From a virus (taxonomy: Duplodnaviria; Heunggongvirae; Uroviricota; Caudoviricetes), in the IMG/VR virus record IMGVR_UViG_3300034157_000063: a stretch of DNA of 64,000 nt. One strand, 5' to 3'. The notes beneath the pieces are model-generated. The model was not told the origin of the DNA. It made no database searches and was given only the letters and a program-made list of their open reading frames with translations. How positions within the stretch are numbered: the first letter of the stretch is position 1; each line of letters opens with the position of its first letter. The position numbers and the translations under genes are program-made. Shown one piece after another: positions 9,995 through 19,283 of this stretch.

Positions 9995-10798
9995 ATGACA
10001 ATCATGACTATTTGCTCACTGGGTAAGGCTGAATTACAAGAAATTGCATCATCTTTTGGTGGTGGATTTACACAAGCTCGTGAGTATGCTGATAGATTTA
10101 CATCTATTCAGGACGCTAAATTTAATTTGATTAGTGTATCGAACCATAACTATGCGGCTTCGATACATCTCAACTATCCTGACGCCAAAATGGCATTGCC
10201 TATTATTGACTTTCTTAAGAAGACGTATCCATTAGATTTTTCTTATTATCAAGAAATTATTGATAAAGCTAACCCGATCTATGCAATCAATAATTTTTTT
10301 GATGAACCTTTAAAAATTCCATTTGAAGATTCTACATGGGAACAGTTTAAGCCAGCCCCAAGAAAGAGAAAACTATGTGATGACTTTTCAAGAAATATTA
10401 AAATCCGTCACACCTCGGCGGGGCAACGTGATTCTCGCATGGTGTTGAAACATAGGCTTTCAATTGCTAAAATTAAATTTTCTAATTGCACTTATGAATA
10501 TGTGCCAGTCATAAAATTTACGTTACCTATGTCCAGCATCACGAATAGAACAGTGATTGTATCAGCCAGTAAAAAACATGATTTTATGTTTTATCAACAT
10601 AGTGGTAAAATGATTTACCTTGACCGCTCAGAACATGATGTGTTTTTTGAAAAGCACAATAAATCATTGGTCACTCATATTTATAACAGTTTATCAAAAT
10701 CTATTGGAATGGATGATGTAGCCTTGAAAGACTTTAAACAATTTGATGATGAAGAAAGAGAGCGATTTGTAATGGTTTCAAACATGTTAAAAGTTTAA
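9995..10798 (+). CDS. Hypothetical protein with C-terminal MxxV motif (MVSNMLKV)
   Basis: 267 aa ORF with AAGGA SD. Confidence 0.75.
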   Translation: MTIMTICSLGKAELQEIASSFGGGFTQAREYADRFTSIQDAKFNLISVSNHNYAASIHLNYPDAKMALPIIDFLKKTYPLDFSYYQEIIDKANPIYAINNFFDEPLKIPFEDSTWEQFKPAPRKRKLCDDFSRNIKIRHTSAGQRDSRMVLKHRLSIAKIKFSNCTYEYVPVIKFTLPMSSITNRTVIVSASKKHDFMFYQHSGKMIYLDRSEHDVFFEKHNKSLVTHIYNSLSKSIGMDDVALKDFKQFDDEERERFVMVSNMLKV

Positions 10799-10889
10799 AT
10801 AATAATTATTTTTATAGTCCATTTATGCTTATCTTTTTGTTGAAAAAACAATGGGTAAATGGTATAATCTTGTAAATTACGAGGATTTG

Positions 10890-13025
10890 ATGATGCAGAC
10901 GAATGAAGCACTTATTGTAAACTTTTTCAATGATTATAGAATCAATCGACATTATGCACAGATGCCTAATGTTCCTTTTATTTTTAATGCACTTGAAAAT
11001 TTGGCATCTAACAAAGATGTTACAAAATCATTCATGTTTGGTCAAAACAAGCATCGTTCTCAATATCAATCAGACTCATCTTCTTTTTCGCTAAGTAATA
11101 TAGATGTGAATACTTTGAAGTCTTTGTCTGGTCTTGATTATGCCTTTATTCTTGAAGGTTCTGGTCAACCTTTCAAACAACAATTAGCCCGCATCACAAG
11201 AGATGAACGTTTTGATGATGATTTTTTGGATAATGAACCTTGTCATGGTAACAGTTTTTTTCATTCTAATCCAAGAAATAAACAAGATGCTTCTCAGTAT
11301 AGCAAAGAAGGTCTGGCGACCATTAAATTTGTGAGCAAATGTCGTAGTTTGTATCAACAAATGCATTCTGTTATTCAGTATATGATTGGTTATTATAGTT
11401 ATAGCCTGTCTGTGGATTACTCAACATTGTTGAAAAAATGGGAGCAGGCTGTTCCGTCACTGCATATGAGTTGTGCCAAAGAAGTTAAAGAATTGAATAA
11501 AATTATTGAATCGACTTATGAATCCAATAAATTTTTTAAAGATCGTTATGAAACGTTTGTAGACTTTGTTGTTAAATCTAGTGCTTTTGTCGATATGTTC
11601 ATGGACTTTACTGAAAATCGTCATAGCTCTGCCCCACGAGGTTTTGAAAATTCAACAGGACACAGTAACTTTTTTGGTCATCAGGGTATGCCAGTTAATC
11701 GTCCAGTCGGCCCAGTCTTGAACGAGAAATTCAAAGAACTTTTTGCTCAGCAAGAGCGTAGGTTGACTGATTTTATTGAATCCAATAAAGACATTCTGGT
11801 ATCGCGTGAAGCTCATGAATTTTTTAATCAAGACACCTTGATCGCAGACTATAAGAAAGTTTTGAAAATTTGTGAGATTTTGATTGAAAAAACTGACATT
11901 CATCTGAATTGTAAATCGTTGCAGGCGATTAGATTTTTAGACACCTATGCTTCACGTCATGAAGACATTATGAAAGCTACTGACTTTGATACTGAATTTA
12001 GAGATCTTAATATTGTAGCAGCTATTAATAATATTAAAAATTCTAGTATTACAGCAGCCATCGTATTTGATGACAAATCAGTAGCTGTTAAGAAAAAAGG
12101 CTATGAAGGCTTCCAGTATAGTCCTAGTTCTTTTATGGGCACCGAATTAGTGCTGGATGGTTACATGGATGAAGTCAATCACATGTTGCGTAAAAATCCA
12201 TCAATGAATAAATCAGTTAAGGTGTTAATGCGTAACTTGAAAACCAAACATATCAATAACCAGCCGCTTCTATTTAGCTCGCTTAAAGGTTTAAAAGTTG
12301 GTTTGAAAAGCTATTTTGATAATGAAAACATTTTGAAGGCTCATAGTTTTGACATGATTAATGAATTGAAGACTTCTCGCACCTTTGAAGAATTCGATGA
12401 CAAAATTCACAAAGTGGTGCGTAAGCATAAAATTGAGCAATATGCCATGAGTATTGTTAGTAACAAGTATAAGAATCTATACAGTGATAAAACACTCTCA
12501 ATCATGGAAGAACTCTATGATATGGGCATTAGCACTCACATTCTTCAAGATATGATTGGTAAAAAGATGGCAAGCATTAAAAACACTCGCTCTTTGAATG
12601 CTGCATTGAAGTCGTTGTTGAACAGTATTAATGGATTTGAAATTTCAAATATTAAGATGAAAGCTGCAGCCAACAATGTGAAAGTGTTGTTTGAAACAGA
12701 AGACTACTTGGTTCTTGAAATTGATACGTTCAAGCAGTCAAAAGCAATGGGTAGTCCTTCTTGGTGTATCAGCCGTGAAGACTATCACTTTACCACTTAT
12801 ACTGAGGGTGGTAATATTCAAATCTTTGCTTACGACTTTAGTCTTACTTCAAAAGACAATAAATCTATTGTGGGTATCACATTGACCAGACACATGAAGG
12901 TTCATGCCGCTCACAACAAGAACGATACTGAATTGCGGGATAAGGCAACAAAGGAAAAAGTGATTAAGATTGTAGCAGATGCCAAAGGTATTGTGCTCAA
13001 AGAACATAAGCCAAAATCTGCATAA
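10890..13025 (+). CDS. Large protein with C-terminal PcfJ-like domain
   Basis: C-terminal LVLEIDTFKQSKAMGSPSWCISR...F..Y pattern resembles PcfJ-family G...WCI motif; basic tail KEHKPKSA; GAGGA SD before ATG 10890. Confidence 0.55.
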   Translation: MMQTNEALIVNFFNDYRINRHYAQMPNVPFIFNALENLASNKDVTKSFMFGQNKHRSQYQSDSSSFSLSNIDVNTLKSLSGLDYAFILEGSGQPFKQQLARITRDERFDDDFLDNEPCHGNSFFHSNPRNKQDASQYSKEGLATIKFVSKCRSLYQQMHSVIQYMIGYYSYSLSVDYSTLLKKWEQAVPSLHMSCAKEVKELNKIIESTYESNKFFKDRYETFVDFVVKSSAFVDMFMDFTENRHSSAPRGFENSTGHSNFFGHQGMPVNRPVGPVLNEKFKELFAQQERRLTDFIESNKDILVSREAHEFFNQDTLIADYKKVLKICEILIEKTDIHLNCKSLQAIRFLDTYASRHEDIMKATDFDTEFRDLNIVAAINNIKNSSITAAIVFDDKSVAVKKKGYEGFQYSPSSFMGTELVLDGYMDEVNHMLRKNPSMNKSVKVLMRNLKTKHINNQPLLFSSLKGLKVGLKSYFDNENILKAHSFDMINELKTSRTFEEFDDKIHKVVRKHKIEQYAMSIVSNKYKNLYSDKTLSIMEELYDMGISTHILQDMIGKKMASIKNTRSLNAALKSLLNSINGFEISNIKMKAAANNVKVLFETEDYLVLEIDTFKQSKAMGSPSWCISREDYHFTTYTEGGNIQIFAYDFSLTSKDNKSIVGITLTRHMKVHAAHNKNDTELRDKATKEKVIKIVADAKGIVLKEHKPKSA

Positions 13026-13041
13026 TAACAGGAGTACATAA

Positions 13042-13530
13042 ATGAAATTAACAATAAAACCGATAGAAAAGAAATATAAGAATTGTTTCGTTATTACGTT
13101 TGAATACAAACATGGCACTGGTAATGATGATTTGTATACTTACAGGACGTATACGATTCATAATTCAGATTATGCAATGTTGGAAGCATATTTAAAAGAG
13201 TTTATCATTGTTTCAGAAGAATTAGACAATGCTATCGTTGAAGAAAAAATGTATAACAGTGGAGCCAATTTTTTTGATGAGCGAATTAATCCCAAACGTG
13301 AATATCAGGATGGCGTTGTTTATTCTCTCAGTAATATGACATTCATTGATATTAACTATGATATTGTTCAATTCAGTATGCATAGACCTGTGATTGGCAC
13401 ACCTTATGTCATCTTATACGAACAGGATGTGTTATCAGAAGGTTTTGCAACGATGTCTGTTAAACGTATCGAATACTACGACGACAACGGTGATGTTTTT
13501 GAAGTGGTTGATGAAGATAATTCTTTTTAA
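13042..13530 (+). CDS. Hypothetical protein, distant paralog of 35653..36099
   Basis: LTIK...KNCFVI..H start and IEYYDDNG..FEV end resemble the 35653 ORF. Confidence 0.7.
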   Translation: MKLTIKPIEKKYKNCFVITFEYKHGTGNDDLYTYRTYTIHNSDYAMLEAYLKEFIIVSEELDNAIVEEKMYNSGANFFDERINPKREYQDGVVYSLSNMTFIDINYDIVQFSMHRPVIGTPYVILYEQDVLSEGFATMSVKRIEYYDDNGDVFEVVDEDNSF

Positions 13531-13562
13531 ACTTTACAAACTTTTTAATTTACAAACTTTTT

Positions 13563-13588
13563 AAAAGGCCACTTATGTGGTCTTTTTT
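13563..13588 (+). terminator. Intrinsic terminator
   Basis: AAAAGGCCAC-TTAT-GTGGTCTTTTTT. Confidence 0.75.
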
Positions 13589-13644
13589 ATTGATAAAATA
13601 TTATTATAATGCTATAATAGTGAAAATCCAAAAGGTAGACTACC

Positions 13645-14310
13645 ATGAAGAAAAACAATTTTGATTTCCTTAAAAAGATAGTGGTTAACTTTCTTAATCA
13701 ATTGTCTTTTCAAAATGTGAAGTCTATGGACATTAAAATTAAAATCAACGCCACCTCACCAAAAGCAGATTCGTTGCATGTTTTTATTGATGGTGTTCAT
13801 GCTGTTGATCTTGAAGTTGCCCTTGAAAAACATGATAAAGAAACAAACTACAAGATAGTCAAAAAAATTAGCCGTTTCAACATGCGAATTAAACATGAAT
13901 TTATTCAGAGCCATTCTTTTATTCATGATGGCATTACAAAAGAATACATATCCAGTATTTTTATTGAAGACATGAATTGGATCAATATTGGTTTGCGGCT
14001 TGATTATAAAATTGTTTATTGCCTTCTCGCTAAACACAAGCATTGGCGTGATGATATTAAGCATGTTATCTATTGCTTTATGAATAAAGATAATAAACCA
14101 TTAGGTGTCTATGGCGTTAATGGCAAAGAACAAGAACTATTAAAATTTTGCATGAATAAAGTCGATAAGATGGCAATTATGTATTTGTTTCATAAAAATT
14201 ATGAAGATTACTATAATGATACGTTTCCACCTTTTACTGAGACGCTGGATATCAATGCTATTGATGATTTAGATAATAAATTGACGCTTGTTTCTATGAT
14301 GCAGTTTTAA
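13645..14310 (+). CDS. Hypothetical protein with C-terminal MxxF motif (TLVSMMQF)
   Basis: 221 aa ORF; TTGATA..TGCTATAAT promoter. Confidence 0.75.
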   Translation: MKKNNFDFLKKIVVNFLNQLSFQNVKSMDIKIKINATSPKADSLHVFIDGVHAVDLEVALEKHDKETNYKIVKKISRFNMRIKHEFIQSHSFIHDGITKEYISSIFIEDMNWINIGLRLDYKIVYCLLAKHKHWRDDIKHVIYCFMNKDNKPLGVYGVNGKEQELLKFCMNKVDKMAIMYLFHKNYEDYYNDTFPPFTETLDINAIDDLDNKLTLVSMMQF

Positions 14311-14393
14311 AAGAACCAGATTAACGGCCTTTGACAAAAAACTGGCATTGTGTTATAAGTTCACTGAATGTTTATTACATTGAGGTGATAAAA

Positions 14394-14993
14394 ATGACGC
14401 AAGTGACTAACACAAATAAGCCCAGTTTAATTTTTTCCAAGTTTAAAAAGATAAATTCTCATAACTTGATACTTTTCATCTTGTTACCCTTCATTCCATC
14501 CGTCTCCATGTTTCTAGGCTCTTACTTTGTAGGGTGGCACAACTTTCAACGTAGTCGAGAATTTCTATCTTATGAAGCTTCACTGACATTATCTGTCATT
14601 ATTTATTGTTCATTACTATCATTTGTGGTGATAGTGGCCTTGTTTATGGCCTACATAACCGATAAGCTCAATAAAGAGAATGGTTTTCTTTATTGCCTTA
14701 ACTATTGTATTTATTTATCCATTCCCTTTTCATTGCTGGGTGCATCAGCCATAACTCCTAATATTTTTATTTTAGGGCTGGCTTTCGTTGCATCAGTTGG
14801 ATTATCTTTTTATCAATTAGATTCAACAGTCGATGGTTTTTTAGGGGTGGACTCCGATAAGCGGGCTTACTTTATAACGCTTGTTACATTATTTTTCTTT
14901 TTACTGGTTGGCGTATTTTTAACTTTTTTCTTGACTTTTTGGCCTGAATACTTTGATTTCTTGACTTCTTTTTTCAACAAAGCGACCAAATAA
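14394..14993 (+). CDS. Multi-pass membrane protein
   Basis: About 5 hydrophobic helices; GAGGT SD before ATG 14394. Confidence 0.75.
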   Translation: MTQVTNTNKPSLIFSKFKKINSHNLILFILLPFIPSVSMFLGSYFVGWHNFQRSREFLSYEASLTLSVIIYCSLLSFVVIVALFMAYITDKLNKENGFLYCLNYCIYLSIPFSLLGASAITPNIFILGLAFVASVGLSFYQLDSTVDGFLGVDSDKRAYFITLVTLFFFLLVGVFLTFFLTFWPEYFDFLTSFFNKATK

Positions 14994-15063
14994 GCATTCG
15001 ACTCCTTGAAAATCTTTTTTTTGTAGATAAAATGAAAATGGCATTATTTAATAGGAGTTTTAT

Positions 15064-15423
15064 ATGTTTTCAAAATTAATAGTAGGCGTTTTACTTTCAG
15101 GTCTAGCTTCAATGTCTTTCGCTGAGGAACTTATAGATCCTGTTAAGATAGATGAAAAGTCACCTGATAGATGTTTTTACAGTAGTGATAAATATCAATT
15201 CAATGGTGTTCATATCATGCCAAATGGTGCTACAAGTTATGTTCTTAATAGTTTTGTAGAGTTTTATAGCCCTGATGGTAAAGAATTTCCACCTGATCTT
15301 TATCGTGGCCGTTTAGCCCTATCTGATGAGGAAGGTGATGTGTATGAAATTTGTGTTCGTGGTGGTGAAGAAGCCTTAATTTACAAGCTTGAAAAAATAG
15401 ATTCGCAACGACCAGAAGAATAA
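15064..15423 (+). CDS. Exported protein with signal peptide
   Basis: MFSKLIVGVLLSGLASMSFA-EE signal peptide; AGGAG SD. Confidence 0.7.
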   Translation: MFSKLIVGVLLSGLASMSFAEELIDPVKIDEKSPDRCFYSSDKYQFNGVHIMPNGATSYVLNSFVEFYSPDGKEFPPDLYRGRLALSDEEGDVYEICVRGGEEALIYKLEKIDSQRPEE

Positions 15424-15426
15424 AAT

Positions 15427-15451
15427 AAAAAACCATCATGAGATGGTTTTT
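15427..15451. terminator. Bidirectional terminator; copy 1 of a 21-bp repeat flanking argS
   Basis: AAAAAACCATC-ATGA-GATGGTTTTT between convergent genes. Confidence 0.75.
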
Positions 15452-15474
15452 ATTTGTCCACAATTTCTTATTTC

Positions 15475-17151
15475 TTATTTATTTTCAACCGTCATCTTTG
15501 ATAAACATGGATAGGTTTCAATACCTAAGATATTACAGCCTTTCTCAATGACATCCTTCACTGCCGCGATCAAACATAATTTCTTATACTCTTCTTCATG
15601 TCCCAATATTTTTTCACTTTCGTAATATTTGTGGAATAAAGTACATAAGCTGACTAGTTGAGTGGTTAAATAATGACTTTGATACTCAGTACTCATTTCA
15701 TTGATAATCTCTTGAGTTTTCAAAATATTAAAGAATAAAGCATTTTCCTGATTATTTAAAATCAGATCATCAGTGATGGTCAATTTAGGTTCATTCATAT
15801 TGTATTTCTTAAACAAAATTGAATCAATCCGCACATAAGCATTTTGAAGATAAGGAGCTGAACCACCAGAAAAGTTTAAGACATGTTTCCAGTCAAACAC
15901 ATAATCTTGATGCTTGCTTAATTTTAAATCATGAAATTTAAGACCACCTACAATCGTTTTATTCAACAACTCAGTTTGTGTCTCACCTGAAAGCTTTGTA
16001 AAGTGTGGAGACTTTAATAATTCATTTTTACCTTCCATTAACAAATCATCCAAATACAATGATTTTCCTGTTTTTGTTTTGATAGGTTTGTTATCTTCAC
16101 CTAAGATGGTACCGAAACCCAAATGGATAAGCTTATTTTTATCGGTTGCATAACCTACTTTTTTAGCAATCATGAAGATTGTTTCAAAATGCAGTGACTG
16201 CCGTTTATCAACCACATACACTATTTTATCTGGGTTATGTTGTTCTACCCGCCATTTGATAGCCGCTAAATCATAGAGAGCATACAAAAAGGTGCCATTC
16301 GTTTTTTTGATGACCAGCTTGTTATTTTCAAGTTGAACATACACCGAACCATTCTCATCAACACTGGCAATTTGTTTATTGATTAAGTCCACAACGATTT
16401 CATGACAGAACTGAGCAAAGAAGCTTTCACCTTTGGTATCCGCAATGGTCAATTTGAGCTTAAATTCTTTAATTGTAGATTCTAGGTCAATCAAACTAAT
16501 ATCGACACATTTTTGCCATAATGCTAGCAATTCATCATCAAGTTTATTTTGAAGCTTGTACGCAACATTATCAGATTCAAGTGCAAATGAATTATCATCA
16601 CTTTCTTTGGATAGGTTATAGGCAGTATAGGCGAGCTTATAATACTCAGTGAGCTTTTGATTGTCCAAGTTGTTTGCTAAATCATTCTTCATAATGTAAT
16701 TGAGTAGGAAACCAAACTGATTGCCCCAATCACCAACATGATTATATGAAATAACTTCATCACCCATGTTCTGATGGCTCCGAACAACAAAGTCGCCAAT
16801 AAACATAGACCGTATATGACCGATGTGCATTTTTTTTGCAACGTTAACACCACAGTAATCGACCACCACTGTTTCTTTTGGTTTTGTTTGCACTGTTTGT
16901 GCATTCATTAAATTCATTTTGAAAGACAAAAAAGCCTTACCCGTAATTTCAATGTTTTCGTAATGAGTTGTTTTCAATAAATAAGCAATCAAGCTGGCTG
17001 TGTCAAAGTCGCCTTTTTTATTTAATTGAAAAAGAATAGATGTTTGATAATGAAAATTTTCAAAACTTGAATACGATACATCAACCGTTAACGTGATGTT
17101 TTTTGATGTCAGATAATTTTGGATATCCGATTTAATAATGGACTTGTACAT
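15475..17151 (-). CDS. argS: Arginine--tRNA ligase
   Basis: VVVDY..VNVAKKMHIGHIRS (HIGH), NHVGDWGNQFG, YDLAAI.WR, YVVDKRQSLHF, KTKTG and APYLQNAYVRI anticodon-binding domain. Confidence 0.95.
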   Translation of the reverse strand: MYKSIIKSDIQNYLTSKNITLTVDVSYSSFENFHYQTSILFQLNKKGDFDTASLIAYLLKTTHYENIEITGKAFLSFKMNLMNAQTVQTKPKETVVVDYCGVNVAKKMHIGHIRSMFIGDFVVRSHQNMGDEVISYNHVGDWGNQFGFLLNYIMKNDLANNLDNQKLTEYYKLAYTAYNLSKESDDNSFALESDNVAYKLQNKLDDELLALWQKCVDISLIDLESTIKEFKLKLTIADTKGESFFAQFCHEIVVDLINKQIASVDENGSVYVQLENNKLVIKKTNGTFLYALYDLAAIKWRVEQHNPDKIVYVVDKRQSLHFETIFMIAKKVGYATDKNKLIHLGFGTILGEDNKPIKTKTGKSLYLDDLLMEGKNELLKSPHFTKLSGETQTELLNKTIVGGLKFHDLKLSKHQDYVFDWKHVLNFSGGSAPYLQNAYVRIDSILFKKYNMNEPKLTITDDLILNNQENALFFNILKTQEIINEMSTEYQSHYLTTQLVSLCTLFHKYYESEKILGHEEEYKKLCLIAAVKDVIEKGCNILGIETYPCLSKMTVENK

Positions 17152-17205
17152 ATTGAAGCTCCTTTTAATTATATAAAAAATAGTAATGGTTAATTTTTGA
17201 TTTAA

Positions 17206-17235
17206 TTAAAGTCGTCTCAATAGTTTAGTGTTCAT
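17206..17235 (-). CDS. Putative argS leader peptide MNTKLLRRL (tandem Arg codons AGA CGA)
   Basis: GGAG SD 8 nt upstream of ATG 17235; lies between a TTGACA promoter and argS. Confidence 0.7.
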   Translation of the reverse strand: MNTKLLRRL

Positions 17236-17259
17236 TATTTTTTCTCCGATTAGTGGTCT

Positions 17260-17289
17260 ATATTAACATAAATAACCCAATGATGTCAA
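17260..17289 (-). promoter_or_regulatory. Sigma70-like promoter of the argS leader
   Basis: TTGACA (17289-17284), 18-nt spacer with TG, then TAATAT (17265-17260). Confidence 0.6.
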
Positions 17290-17290
17290 T

Positions 17291-17320
17291 AAAAAAACCA
17301 TCATGAGATGGTCTTTATTT
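17291..17320 (-). terminator. Terminator of 17322..18386; copy 2 of the 21-bp repeat
   Basis: AAAAAAACCATCATGAGATGGTCTTT; gives a U tract on the minus strand. Confidence 0.75.
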
Positions 17321-17321
17321 T

Positions 17322-18386
17322 TTAACTAACTTTCTGTTTTATGCGAGAGGTTGTTTCATTGATAAATTTCTCTTTCATCTCAGCAATATTAGAAGGCTTC
17401 TTTTCCATCATCGTTTGTATTGATTTTAAGTCTTTCACATCAATATTCAAATCTTGTGCAACTTTGTTCATGTGACGTTCCGCATCAAGCTCTAAGGCTC
17501 TTTCATTTCTTCCAGTTTGAGCAAAGCCTGCTTTTTTAATAGCTTGAATACCAATGTAACCCATTGCTGCTACACTTATTGCAATTCCGCCTGTTGCAAT
17601 AACAGCAGAACTTGCAGCAACCAAACCAGCCGCTGCACCAAATGAACCAAGAGCTGCAACTAATCCGCCATATCCCATTTTATTTTCTGCTTTGATTTGA
17701 TTGCTTTGATTTTCAAGACCATATAATTTTCTTTTGTACGTGTCAAAGAAGTTTCCAAGGTTTTGACTCAACTCATCAGCCACTGGTGCTTTAAATAGTT
17801 GATTTTTATTTTTACCTTCTGGAAGTTCAGCTCTTTCTACAATGGATTTTACTATTTCGTGAGCTTTCGTCATGTCTCCTTTTTTTACAGCATTTGTGAG
17901 ACTATGCAAATTCATGTGTTCTGAATATGTTTTGTAATCTGTTTGTTTATGAAATTTATCGCTAAATTGTCTTTCGAATTTACTATCTTCAATTTTCATT
18001 CTGTGTTCTTCAAATATCTTACTGGTAATGTCACCTAATTTACTTTCTTGATATTTTGTATACAACTTGCCTATACCTGCATAAGAAAGTCCAGCCATCA
18101 TACCAGCTCCACCACCTAACATAGCGACACCTGCAACAGTAAAACCACCAATTGCAGCCGTTGTAGCGATTGCTGGTATTAATGCGATACTGGCTATACC
18201 GCCTACAACACCTAATAAACCTATACCCAAACCACCCATTGTACCTAATTTTATGTGGCCTTCTGCATTTTTTACCTTAGTCGTAACTTCATCTTTTAAT
18301 CCGACTGTGTGTGAGAAACCATTAACGATATTCATTAATTTTTCTTCTAATTGATCGGCGGTCTTTGCTTTAAATAAGTTCATCAT
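17322..18386 (-). CDS. Gly/Ala-rich membrane-inserting protein with tandem domain duplication and basic tail
   Basis: Two LFKA..AD.L...L.N units, each followed by a Gly-rich hydrophobic hairpin; ends SRIKQKVS. Confidence 0.7.
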   Translation of the reverse strand: MMNLFKAKTADQLEEKLMNIVNGFSHTVGLKDEVTTKVKNAEGHIKLGTMGGLGIGLLGVVGGIASIALIPAIATTAAIGGFTVAGVAMLGGGAGMMAGLSYAGIGKLYTKYQESKLGDITSKIFEEHRMKIEDSKFERQFSDKFHKQTDYKTYSEHMNLHSLTNAVKKGDMTKAHEIVKSIVERAELPEGKNKNQLFKAPVADELSQNLGNFFDTYKRKLYGLENQSNQIKAENKMGYGGLVAALGSFGAAAGLVAASSAVIATGGIAISVAAMGYIGIQAIKKAGFAQTGRNERALELDAERHMNKVAQDLNIDVKDLKSIQTMMEKKPSNIAEMKEKFINETTSRIKQKVS

Positions 18387-18521
18387 ACACCTAATTTATT
18401 ATATTCTTTTTTCAATTATAGCATAGTATTAAAATATACATAGTGTATTGTTCTATATTTATATAATAATGGTTGAACATAAAGATGAAATTATGCTATA
18501 ATTTAGCATTCAGGAGGGCTT

Positions 18522-19283
18522 ATGGATTACGAGACTATTGGCGAAATAAAATACTTTTTATCTGATAAGGAAACTCTTATTCGGGATGGTTTTGATCAAA
18601 AAAATGAACTTAAACGTCTTGAAAAATATATCATGAGAAGCAAAAATAGTTTTATGATTGCGGATAGTCAATTAGACTTGTTAATTGCATTAGGATTCGT
18701 TCGTGTAGATGGATATCAGCCTTCTGAAACATTAACGTCATTCATGGAAAACTTTCAATTGTTATCAAATGCTGATTTTAGTTATGTGAGAACTCGAAAG
18801 AATAAAACAGTTGAATTATTTTTTAAAAATTTTGAAATGCCATCTGATGGGCATGATTTCTATTATGTAAGCATGAAATCTTTTCAAGATAATCCTTTAA
18901 CATTAGGCAACGGAAAACAAAACTTTTTTTATTCCTATGATGAAATTTATAATGCCGAACCTAATTATCTATTCAAATATGTTGATGATTTTATAGAAAA
19001 GACAAATATGTTACCTTATTATAATTCTTATGCTCGAATTACAAAAACGTATTACCCTAACAATCCAGATAAAGAATTTGAATTCTACTTGTCTATGGTC
19101 GCTTTTAACAGTCAAAAAACCGCTACTATATTGGATTACACGTTATATGGGAAAACAATTTCATTCTATAATATTAAAAAATTACTTCCCGATTTAGAAT
19201 ACACTATGGATTCATTAAGTAAACGCAAAACAGTTATTGATGAAGGACATATTGAATTACTTAAAATTATTCGTTATTCATAG
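18522..19283 (+). CDS. Hypothetical protein (variant C-terminal motif ELLKIIRYS)
   Basis: GGAGG SD; TGCTATAAT upstream. Confidence 0.75.
   Translation: MDYETIGEIKYFLSDKETLIRDGFDQKNELKRLEKYIMRSKNSFMIADSQLDLLIALGFVRVDGYQPSETLTSFMENFQLLSNADFSYVRTRKNKTVELFFKNFEMPSDGHDFYYVSMKSFQDNPLTLGNGKQNFFYSYDEIYNAEPNYLFKYVDDFIEKTNMLPYYNSYARITKTYYPNNPDKEFEFYLSMVAFNSQKTATILDYTLYGKTISFYNIKKLLPDLEYTMDSLSKRKTVIDEGHIELLKIIRYS

Noticed and set aside
13533-13564. Tandem 16-bp repeat TTTACAAACTTTTTAA x2
   Set aside because: Only two AT-rich copies just before a terminator; likely slippage, not a CRISPR array or iteron set.
15475-15500. ArgRS C-terminus (LSKMTVENK) as a member of the MxxI tail family
   Set aside because: Met is at -6 and corresponds to the normal terminal Met of ArgRS enzymes.
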